Assembly: GCA_965649825.1 (NCBI GenBank)
Contig: OZ287694.1
Span: 1,611,197 to 1,675,196, forward strand
Length of the DNA stretch: 64,000 bases
Reading direction: 5' to 3'
Origin: Penicillus capitatus
Taxonomy: Eukaryota > Plantae > Chlorophyta
The translations under genes and the position numbers were made by a program. Below, one piece after another: positions 48,376-59,405 of the stretch (its first letter is position 1; every line of letters begins with the position of its first letter). The notes below the pieces were generated by a model that worked only from the letters and a program-made list of their open reading frames with translations, did not search any database and was not told where the DNA came from.

Positions 48376-50606
48376 CCGCTCGAAAACAGACACCGCATTG
48401 AACCCTTCCTGCGCGTCCAGCTCTCTGCTTTGCGGACGCCTTAGAGATTCATTGCACTTTGACTCGGCTAACGCGCTTCTCAGCATCGTAGCCGACCTCC
48501 TTGGGCTGGCGGCTTCCTTGTTCGGGGAAGGAGCGCGTCTGTTGGCTCCTCCTCTTCGCCGATCTCGCTCTCTACGGGCTCATCATCTTCACTGTCCGGC
48601 TTGGGCGGATCTTTGGAAGCAGCTGCAAAAGGGAGGACGCTCGGGAGTCTTTGGCGAAGGGACGAAGACTTGGAAGTCGGAAGTCTGGCTGAGCCGCTTC
48701 GTACAGCAATTCTATTAACGCGTCAATTAGGCTGTGCACCATGGCCATCTCCACGAATTCTGCGCTCTTCTCTGCCATCTTCTCTGTCAGGTATCGCACA
48801 AACGCATATTTCATCGAAGGGCAGGAGAGGGCCAATAGAGGCAAAGTCGATGGATAGTCCTGTCCAACCTCGCCCACCACCACGCGCAGCGATTCCTTTC
48901 CATCCTGCACACCACGAACCTCTGCCAATAAACCAGCAGAGAAGGCACTACTACCGTCAGAGGCTGCTGCTTCCAAACGTGTGCGTTTGCAGAGGCAAGG
49001 AGCTCTGCAGGGACATCAAGAAGAAGCTCCACAGAATGCGCGTCCGGTACACAGCAACAGTCGCCGTAAATGGCAACGAGCGCATCGCAGTCTTCCTGCC
49101 ATGGCGATTCATCATCATTTCCCTCCCTCAGCTCCTCGCTCAAACAAATCCCTGATGCGTTCGGCTAAGACAGTTGCCTGTCGCGTCAGTATCGATCGCA
49201 CCTGTGAGTTGAGTGTACAGGAGACGATGGGCCAGTAGAGGGTCTCCATCTGCCATATGCAGCGCCTGGAGGATTTCGGGAAGACGATAGCCGTACTGCA
49301 GCAAGGTGTCCACGTCGGGATCTTCCGTCTCGCTCCACTCCATCTCATCGTCCGACGCCTCCTCCTCCGCGGATGCTTTGATGACACCGACCGTGTGCGT
49401 CTTGGAACCTGAAAACCGCATCCTGGCATCCAAGAAGCGCAATGCGTGTCGAAGCTTGCGTTTGTTGAAAGACGCTGGGAGCTCATATTCATCCAAATGA
49501 AAACAGAGCCAATCGAGAACAGACTCCGAGAAAGACCCTGTCGGCCGTTGCGTCGCCTGATGCATGGCCTGATGGATGTCCTCCTTTGAGAAACCGTCTC
49601 TCATCAGTCTATGCTCCAACCTCTTCCACTCCTCCCGCACGCCTCCTTTGCCGTCCACGACCCGGCGCGGATTTCGATCCTTCAGCATCTTCTCCACGAC
49701 CTCTTGCTCGGCGTGACTCATCACAATGGCCTGCGGCTCGCGTTCGAGCTTCTTTGGAGGCGGAGGCGGCGCGTCTGTCGCTTTCTGTCGCTTCTGTTCA
49801 TCGTAAATCACTTTGTGGTAATTCCAGACGTCAATATACTGTGGAGGCAAGACCCGATGAAACGCGCAGTCACCTTCACCGACACCTCCATCTTCGCGAG
49901 GGGCCCTTTCGAGTGCGTAAACGAACCTGCCACGTGACAGAGGGCAGCCGCCGCAGCCGATTGCACCATCGCTTCATCGACGGCCTCGCTGACGAGTGGA
50001 TCGTCCAGGAAGAGAACGATGTCTTTCTTGGCATCCTTCATGTCCGGCACCACCACCACCTTCTCACTCCATAAGCACTCCAGGCGCCCGCTGTGTGACA
50101 TCTCACTTTGCAGTAAGGCTTTCTGCCATCAGATGTGACAGGTTTGTAGATCGGCTTTCGGCGGTTGTTTCGCTTGCACCACTCAAAGAGCAGCAGCTTT
50201 GGTGATTTGTGCGTGTAGTAGCCACTCGCACTCCCGACATCCTGAATGGAGATGCCTGCTCTCTGATCCACCTTCAGACTGCCTCTTCTTCAAATGTCAC
50301 ACATGACAGCGTGCTCACCTCACTCTTTGCCTCCGGAGGCGACTCCTTGGAAACGACAGCGGCATGATGCTTCGAAACGTGTTCCTTCAGTCGACCACTC
50401 TGAACACGGCGACACAGTCTCCGCAGCGAGAGGGAATGGCGTGGCTGACGCGGCACCTGCTTGAAGATGCGGTCGCAGTGAGGGCAAGGGTGTTCGAGGT
50501 CGCGTTTGTCTGGCAACGGTGGGCCGCTGTTGCCGCATCAGGCTGCTCCCGAGGTGAAGATACCCGCCTTGGCGCGTCTGTTGTCTCGGTTCTTGATTTT
50601 TCCCAT
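48370..50606 (-). pseudogene. DEAH/RHA helicase of the DHX57/YLR419W type (C2H2 finger, dsRBD-like, UBA-like, RWD) lacking the helicase core
   Basis: CPHCDRIFKQ..RLKEHVSKHH, SPKLLLFEWC, VLDWLCFHLDEYELP, an RWD segment, then directly KEVGYD...*ISKASAKQRAGRAGRV (motif VI). In-frame TGA at 50538-50540 and 48449-48451. Confidence 0.82.
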
Positions 50607-50614
50607 TTTACACA

Positions 50615-51662
50615 ATGCAGCTGCATGCCGCCGAACTCGAGCCATTGGCACTCTACTTCGACGCACGACTTCGTCTGATTCCTCTCAAGAACGTCAACGC
50701 GCACGAGAACGACGAAACGCAACGCGTGTCGTCAAATCAGCGAAAGGAGGAGCAGAAACGCAGAGAGGCGGCGAAGAGAAGCGCCTACCGAGCGACATTC
50801 CGACCCCCGTCTGCACGAACGCACACTTCGGGTCCAGAGTCGAGCCATGCAGAGGCGGAAGGGTGCGACGCGGAGCAGGACGTCGCTATGGATGAGGAAG
50901 CGTGCGCTGAGGAAGGGATCGAAGGCGAAGTGACACGAGCAGTACTGAAAGAGCGATTGGAGGCGAAGATTGCCGCCATCCGACAGCGAACGGGATCGGC
51001 CAAGATGAAGAAGAAATCGCAGCAGGAGAAGAAAAACGCGCAGAGTGCTGTGAATGCGAAGAAGAAACGCAGAAGGCATGCCCTTCAGAAACGGAGACGT
51101 CCGGAGGCCTCTGCGGACGATGGACCGCCGCCGAACAAGAAGGCGAAGAAAGAGAGCGAAGAAGAGGCAGTGGTGCTCAAGTCTCTGGCCTTTACCGAAG
51201 TGAAGGAGACAGAGGGAGAGAGAACGATCGGCAAGACGGGGAGGAAGCGCCGCATGGCTGAGAAGTTCCGCCGATTGGGGGTCGCTCAGGAACAGAAGGA
51301 GACGACCGATCGTTTCACCCAGACGGGCGAAGGCGGAGAGAAGGTTCGCGGACGGTGGGTCGATGCCATGCCCCGACATGCCGCGTTCGTCTGTGCAGGT
51401 GATCCAGACGGAGTGGAATCGGGCGCTGCAGCGGGCGAGCGGAAAGAAGGTGCTGGACGATCCGAAACGGATTCAGAAGTCCATCGACGATGCGTTCCGC
51501 CTTAAGGCCAGGAGGGCCAAGAAGTGGCAGAAGAGGTGGTCGTTGGTGGAAGAGGAGCAGACGGAGAGGCAGGAGAAGAGGAAGAAGAATCTCAAGAGAA
51601 GATCGGAGGAGCGAAAGAAGAAGAAGGGGCAGCGCAAGGCACAGAAACGCGCAGCCGTCTGA
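50615..51662 (+). CDS. SURF6: Surfeit locus protein 6 / Rrp14-like nucleolar protein
   Basis: N-terminal YFDARLRLIP, Lys/Glu-rich body, and EWNRALQRASGKKVLDDPKRIQKS...KKWQKR...QEKRKKN after a 55-nt GT-AG intron (51344-51398). Confidence 0.8.
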
Positions 51663-51665
51663 ACT

Positions 51666-52556
51666 TCATTTTTGCTCGACACAGGGATACTGTCTGTCCA
51701 GTTTCGTGCTGCGACACAGAGGGCACTTCCATTTGAGGTATCGCTCTGCGGTCTTGGCATCCAAGTTCACGCACTCTCCACAAAACCATCTCTTGCAGTA
51801 GTCACAGTATATCCAGAACGTCCCTTGCCTAAAGACGACGCATCTCGCACTTTGTGTTGTGTTGGAGAGATGTGACTTGTAATGCTTATTGCAGAGGGGA
51901 CAGGGATCGCCGTCGCCATCCTGCCACTCATCTTCTTCTCCCTGACCTGGTGACGGACTGTCCTGAGATTCTTGCCCTTCGAAAGACGGTTCGCCCAGAC
52001 GATTGTTAATGTCCTGACTGGAGGTCACTATCTCGAGCAAGGGTGTCTCCCTGTTCATCATGGTAAAGAGTTGCTCCCTGTATTTGATGTGACGTTTGGC
52101 GGAGGGAGCCGAGAGTGACAGACCGTTGCTTATGAGTCAGGCAGAAGGAGCGGAACAGCGCGACACTTAACAACCAACTCTCCGCATGGACACACACAAA
52201 CGCCAACCAGGACAGCTTCTGAACAGCTTCCTGCCTCGGCGCTCTGTTATGCACGACGACGCATCTTACGTCGAGGCTGTCACGCGGACAGTTAATTCCG
52301 TTGCACGGCTCGGGGATAACAGGTGGGACTTCATAGGAGGGTGGACCCACGTGCCAGGTTCCATCTGGATTCCCGAACAGACAGAGTCCTTCTCGATGAG
52401 GCGCACAAGTGGCAAATAATTCGTCCACTCTACAGAACGCACAGTCGTGGGGAGAGGGACGGAATGGAAGGAAGACTCTGTCGTTAGGGCGCGGAGAATG
52501 GCGCCACGTCGAGTGGACCACTCGTCGAAGATGTCGGAGACGGAGCGATCCACCAT
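51666..52556 (-). CDS. Alfin-like PHD finger protein (PAL domain plus PHD), 5 exons
   Basis: RSVSDIF...RRGAILRALT, LCLFGNPDGTW.V.PP..EVPP.IPEP..GIN..RD, WLAFVCVHAESWLLSVA and PHD CPLC...WIYCDYCKRWFCGEC...WKCPLC. Four GT-AG introns restore the frame. Confidence 0.9.
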
Positions 52557-53137
52557 TTCCCTGTAGAGACGCGAGCTCAGACGAGAGAATGAGCACAAAA
52601 TCGATCCGTACGCAAAGATGTACGACAAAGAAGAGACGTCAGCTGCCAGTTTGCAGGTCGTATCTCAAAGTCTGTCAGCGTCGCTGTCAGATAGAATCTC
52701 CCGTCGAGGAAGGGACAGACATCCACGCTAGGTGTGACAAGGAAGAGTGAGATTGCCCGTCGTGGATGAACAGACGCCGGTCGCTGAGTCCAATCACTAC
52801 ACTTATCGCACAAATCTCCATGCATCTTCGAACCGTACAGTTCCTTGACCTCGAGCACAATATCTGGCCGACTGTGTGTTTGAATGAAGAGTCAGCAGGA
52901 GATTTGTCAACAGATCAGCCTTCAATAAGGAAGGCATTCACACTCAATGCAAGCCTGGCAGAAAATGTTTCAAAAACCGCAAACTCCTTCACGCACATTC
53001 CGGCCAATGCTTGACATCCTTCTCAAGAGAGAAGAAGAGTTCATTCAGTCTATGGAAGCTTGTCGACAACAGACAATAAAGCAAAAAAACTCAATCTCCG
53101 GCAGTTCATTTGACTGCTGTCTGGGAGGGCACTTGAT

Positions 53138-55812
53138 TCAGCGGGAGCCCGATGGACCCTTGTTCGTTTGCTTCTCCAAGAATTCTTCGAGATTCTTCTT
53201 CATCTTGTCCATCCCTTCCGTCAAGACCTTCATCTGATCTTGAATGTTTAGGACTTTAGTCGTCAAGGATGTCGTCCCTGTGTTTTCTTCCTCTCTTGAC
53301 GTCTTTGATGACTGCCCCACTGCTGAGCGGATCTCACGAATATCTTTCCTCAAAACCTTCCCGAATTCTTTAATTCTTCCATCCCATTCGCTCTCTTCCT
53401 CTCTTGCCCCGTCGACTGGAACCAGGTAATGAAAGTACCTGCGTCGATGACAGGGCTTCAAAAAGAACATGCTATGAAAGGCGTTGTTAAGCTTCAACCT
53501 GCTCAAGAGAAGCCTTAACACAGATCCTGAAAACGATATGTACTCGCCGCTTTTCAGAGAATCTGGAAGCGCTATTGCCTTGCCCCGCTAGCTGATCTAT
53601 CCTAACGAGTTTCCGAGCCACGGAGAAGAAAGCGGCGCTGACAATTTCTGCCCGGCACTTTACCAGCATTTCTTTCTCCCAGTGCTTGATCTTGTCAAAG
53701 CTCTCGCTCAGAATCGCCACCAAGAGGCTGATGAGCACGATGCCTCCGATGAAGAGAAAGGTACTGAACAGGATAGAGCGCCAGAGGCCAATGAACCCAT
53801 CGCCTTTGTTCGAACGGAACATCTGCGTGCCGCCGACAACAGACCATCACGTCAGCAGACGCATTCAGGACAGAGATGGATGACGCACTTCCTCTTCAAA
53901 GTTCCCCACGCACGCGTGGAAGAGTATCTTGAACACGTGAGGAATCGTCAGTCGTCGTCGATCGTCGTCGTCGTCGTCTGCCCTGCAGTGATGCTCAGAT
54001 CAGCTGTGGAATTCGTGATGTCATTCGATGACTTAGTTTTATTGGCTTTTGCCTGTTCCCTCGCTAGTTTCTTGTGCTCTGTGTAGTTGTGGACGACCCG
54101 AACGGCAAAGGAGAATCCTAGTAGAACGCACACACCGAGTCCTGTGAAAGGCAGCGCCGCTTTGAACGAATCCTTGACCATCGACACAAACGGCCCGATC
54201 TTGTCGAAAGGGAGAAGCGTCTCGACGACCTGAACAGCGCACACATGATCCATAAGATCACACAAAATGATCATTCTCCGTTGGATCGACGCACCAGAAA
54301 CCACACGAAAACGCACTCGATGGAGGTGAGGAATGCAGAGATGTCATCATGTCTGGGGTCACCGACAACGTGATCATCGCAGCCGTCGTCATCGTCGTCG
54401 TTCTCGAATGGAAACTGAACGCCAACAACGTGGATAAGGATGGTCAGTTTGATCAGAATGCTCACAATCCTGGATGCAACATTCGTCGATCGTGATCTGA
54501 ATCGCAAACGGATCGACAGACGCACTTGATGCGTGAGAATCTGATGGACAAGGAGAACAATGGCACTGCACAGGAGAGAATGATGGCGACAAGCGACGTC
54601 AGCTGTCGCAGATCTGAAGCGCCTGTCGTCTGCATCTTGTCATCGTTTCCTGCTGTGGCTGATCTGGGACATCGTTTCATTGCGTAGGACCAAGCAAAGA
54701 GCGAAAACAGCAAGGCAGTGAGTACGTCTAGGAAGCCGAGCAGAAGGAAACGCTTGCGTAAAGAGGAGAACATCCAGTTAGCAAACGTCGTCAGCGTCTC
54801 AGACTTGAAGATCTCCAGCGGAAGCTTAGCCGCCTGCATCTGCCAAAGCACATGGTCCCAGAAGTAGTAGTGCGTTTTCGGATTGGATCGAATGCCGACA
54901 GTGTCGTCATAAGAACGGACTCTGGCGGCGTCCAGATCGATGCAAAAGAACTTGGCGGACATCTCGACCTGAAAATCGGTTGACTCCTTCAAGTCTTCGG
55001 AGTGCTCTTTGCAGTGTTCAACCCAGAAATCTCTCGCCGTTTCTGCGGTAAGTCCTTTAAATCTTTCCGGCAGCTCATCTGATGTCATAGCGATCGGTCG
55101 TTTGCCGTTCTTATCGATCAGCGAACGGCAGATGGAGAATCTCCCGTACTCGAATGCAAAGCTGTCGTTCCTGATGTAGTCCTTCATCAGATCAGGGAAC
55201 GCTCTGATGAGAGGGAAGAGGTAGTTAGTGAGAATGCAGCTGGACTCTTCCACCGGCAGCTTCTCCTCTGCCACGACGTCGAGGACGAATTTCGCGACCA
55301 CCTTTGCTCCGCTGCTTATCGCCCAGTCCAGCGTTCGACACCTCCCAGTGCGAAGGAGGACAAATCTCTTGTGTCGCTGAGCAAGCTCAAGCAACTTCAA
55401 GACACACTCTGGCTGCTTCTGAGCAATGGCATCGCAGAGAAGCGGAGTGCCATTCCTACTATTCACCATGTCGATAAGGTCGTCTTCAAACTCGTTGATG
55501 AGACTGCCGCGAACACGTTTGGTCGTTAGCCGAAACGTTTGTGTGTTTTGGCTTACGCATTCGTTATTTCTTCGGTCCAGTAGGGAACCTCGATGTCCGC
55601 TTGATGGACCCATGTACCTATGGCATCTCCGTCTCGTTTCGAAACTGAGAGATTTGTGGTGCTGCGTCGAGAAAAGATACGTCTTCGGCCAACGCGTCTG
55701 TCTAGTAAACCGTTCGTGCATTACCTCCGTATCCGTCCGGATTTGCCGAAGGCTCCTCTGGTGGAAGCAGTGACCTTGTGTCGCTGCTTTCCCCGGCGTC
55801 ACCATTATTCAT
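53138..55812 (-). CDS. TRP-like ankyrin/6TM cation channel (TRP-8), apparent chimera
   Basis: All family motifs present; pore KILFHACVGNFEEE, S6 LISLLVAILSESFDKI, YFHYLVPV, EWDGR. It needs a 50-nt intron at 53983-54032 to stay in frame. Confidence 0.82.
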
Positions 55813-56955
55813 CCGTCCGCTGCTGTTCGTCTTTCCTCAATGCACTGCTCGACAAGCTTTCGCCAAAGCACGAATGCGCGTCAAGATGAAGCTGCTTGTA
55901 CAGCCACGCGAAATGATGACTGCGTCAGCGTCAACAGTCCTTTAATGTCAGCTGTCGCTATCAATGACAGCAAATGCATGCATGTATCCGTATGACAGTG
56001 GTCCGTTATATGGCTGACGTTACAAGTCCTCAAAGGCATGCTTCCAGCTTCTATACTGAACCAGCTAAAGCTCTGCACATTCAACGGCCTTGCAGAGATT
56101 TGCAGTATCAGATGTGGATGACACTCAGGTGCGTCCATGTGATGTCGCCTCTAAACTGTCTATTAAGTAACGACCTGTTGTGTCATCTTCTTCAAACAAT
56201 GACCGGTAAATGGCTTCCTTAACGATAACGGCTCCTCTACAGGGCGTTCGTGCAGTAGAGTGAGTCTGAGTGATACGCAATCCTTCGTCCCATCATGCTT
56301 GACGCGACTGCAGGTCGTTGTATGTTCAGCGAATAGCTTTGAGATGGCGAGTAACTACTCTATTCGTTCATATACGTCCTGCAGCCGACGGTCCTTCTGT
56401 CGAGCTTGGACACGCCCGAGTCGCAATCGAACAAGTTAGAGATGGAACGCGAGACCGTATGAGCTGAAGACCGTCCATTTATGATACGACTGATCACTCG
56501 AGTTCACTTGGCGAGTAAGACCTCTGCAGTGTCCGCACAATCTTCGGCGCACAGTACTTCCGCCGCAGACATCTTCGGCCTAACCCTTAATCGATGTATC
56601 ACACCGTGTGAGATATCGGTGTGGAGAAACGAGACTTTCGGCGAACAGTGCGTGCGTGCCTCGAACGATCGCGGCCTTGCGTTACACACTTCAGACGCGA
56701 TGGTCCGGAGAAAGAGTGTCCGTCTTACACCACAGAACTCTATTCTCCGTTATCTAAGCACGCGTCAGATCCTTCCCTAAGTCTGCATCAGATTTATATA
56801 CGGCAGGCCGTTTTCGTAAAACGGTATAACAAGGAACTTGAAGGAGAACACGAGACAGACCACAGATTGGAAACGAAACAGTCATATGTTGAACACAGGG
56901 AAATCGCGGCCTTTACTTGACATATGATAGCAGACCGTCGACAGCTGCGATGGAT

Positions 56956-59405
56956 TCACTCTGTCTCCGTTCTTGGCTGGATACTGTGCTCGTCGCCGGC
57001 GTCTGTCATTTTATTCAATTCCTGCCGCATCTGGACCATAAGGCCCTGTATCGATTCTAGCTGACTCTTGAGTGAGCGTATGTCTGGCTGCGATACTGAG
57101 ACGGATTTCTTGAAGTTCTCGCGCATTTCTCTTTCGACCGTCTTCTCGAGTTCCCGAATTCTGCCCTCCCACGAAATCTCTTTGTCGTGTTCGATCTCGT
57201 CGACTGGAACCAAATAATGGAAGTATCTCTGCTGCAAGTGCGGGCATAGACTGTTTTTGTAGAACCAGAGCCTGACGTGCTCAAGCCATTCTCTCGATGA
57301 AGTTGCGTGACCGCCACGATAGCTCCGTCTGCAAACAGGAAACGATGCGTCAGCAGGGTAACGGCATCCAGGCGCCTCACTCTTCGGTGCGTTCTTTGGA
57401 GAGGAAACGGCGAAAGACGGAGCAGAAAGACGAGGCAACGATGCTTGCTCGATCCTTAACGAGGACGCACGGTTCCTTTAGCTTGACGCTGTCGTAGACA
57501 TCACTCAAGATCGCAATAAGCAAACTGATGAGCACGACGCCGCCGGCGAAGATGAAGCTGTTGAACAGAAGCGCTCTCCACTTGCCAATAAACGTATCCG
57601 TCGAGCGAAACACCTACACCTCAGCCGCCATCGCCGACAGCGCAGAAGTCACACTTTAGTAGAAGTCACACATACTTTCTCCTCGAAGGAACCGAGACTG
57701 GCTTGATACAGGATCTTGAGTATGTGAAAGAAGGAGCTGAAATCCTCTTCGCCTAAAGCACCGCCCTGTTCGTCATGTCCTCCGTGTCTTCATCCTACTT
57801 CCGCTTTCGTCGGTGCCGTTCTCGTCAAACATCGGCGTGAAGAGGACTCGGAAGGCAAAGGTGAATCCGACCAGGACGGACGCGCCAAGACCCGAGAAAG
57901 GCAGCACTGCTTTGAGTGAGGACTTCGCCATCGAGATGAAGGGCCCGATCTTGTCAAACGGCAGAAGTGCCTCGACGACCTGCACACGCACAACAGCAGC
58001 GCGATGACACCAAACACGCCGCCGAGCGCGACAGAGCAGATTCCTTACCAGTATCCAGCACAGGATACATTCGATAGACGTCAGGAAGGCGGAATACTCA
58101 CTCTGTTGTCCAGACCCAATGACATGCACCATGACGAGCAGATTGATGACGATGCTGACGAGCCTAGACGCCATCGCCACGAGTCACTGCTTTGCGAACA
58201 GCTTTCGTCAGCGCACTTGATCTTCGAATGTCGGATGACCAGCGTGATCACCGACAGCGCAAACGTCGCTGTGATCAGAAAGAGCGAACTGCCGCGCTTG
58301 ACTTCGCCCGGCTCTCCACGTTTCAGCCCATAGGTCACAGCAAAGAACGAAAACAGACCAGCCGTCAGAACGTCCAGCGCGACGAGACAGAGACAGCGGT
58401 AGTAGGATGAGTAGAACAGCCAATTGGCAAAAGCTTTCAGCGACTCCGATTTGAAGATCTCGACCGGAAGGCTGGACTTAGACAGCAGACGGAGAACGTG
58501 GTTTGGACCACGTCCCATACGCGATTCTGTATGAATCCCAGCCGTGCTGTCCATAAAGGACGACCGCGCGAGATGCTGATCGACGCAGAAGAACTTGGCC
58601 GCCACCGTCACTTCAAAATCCGATATCTGATCAAAGTCTCCTGAGTGCTCTTCGCAGTTGTTCGTCCAGAACCTCTTCGTCGTCGCATTGTCGGTACTGT
58701 TCCAGCTCTCGAAGAAGTTGTCCGTCGTCATGGCGATCGGCCGCCTGCCGTTCTTTTCGATCAGGGCATGCGGCACGGAGAACCTGCCGTACTCGAAAGA
58801 GAAACGATCGTTCTCGAGGTAGTCCTTCACGAGATACGGGAATTCTTTGCTCAGAGGTAAGAGATAGTTTGTCAGAATGCTGCAGGATGCCTGCACGGTA
58901 AGGTGTCGCTCCGCGAGATAGTCGAGGACGAACTTCGCTACAGCCACCGAGCGCTTCTGGATTGCCCAGTCCAACGTGGGACACCTCCCGGTGTCCAGGT
59001 CGACGCATCGTCCGTAGCGACATGCGTTTTCCATCAACAGCGTGGCACTCTCTGGCTGTTTCTTCACAATGGCATCGCAGACAAGCGGAGCGCCGTTGGT
59101 ATTGGTCGCCGTGACGATCTTCTCTCCGTGTTTCGAAATCAGCCTAAGACGAGACCAGCTACCACGTCTTCTGCAACAGGGATGTGTCTTACGCCGCTGC
59201 GGTCTCTATCGACCACGAGGAAATGTGGATGGCCGTGTCGCATTGCACGGTTTTGAGGTCGCCTAATGAACGCAGTGAGTGAGTTGCATTTCGCATAGAA
59301 GGGAGCAGAACGACATTTGGAGAGATGTGCCGTCTTCCAGCTCTCCACATCACCAGGTGGCCGTTCGTTTGCGTTTGCTGTGGTCCGTTGCTGCCTAGAC
59401 GTCAA
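56956..59405 (-). CDS. TRP-like ankyrin/6TM cation channel (TRP-9); start exon approximate
   Basis: PLVCDAIVK, TLDWAIQ, FSFEYGRFSVP, AAKFFC, IFKSESLK, FDKIGPFISM, pore KILYQASLGSFEEK, S6 LISLLIAILSDVYDSV, YFHYLVPV, SWEGR. It needs a 46-nt intron at 57753-57798. Confidence 0.82.

Noticed and set aside
50732-51379. 215-aa minus-strand hydrophobic ORF
   Set aside because: Antisense of the Lys/Glu-rich SURF6 sequence.
51780-51800. Cys replacing His in the Alfin PHD (WFCGEC) as a sign of decay
   Set aside because: Cys is still a zinc ligand and the rest of the gene is intact.
56504-56689. Stand-alone ankyrin-like ORF
   Set aside because: Only a few residues resemble the repeat, with no supporting exons.
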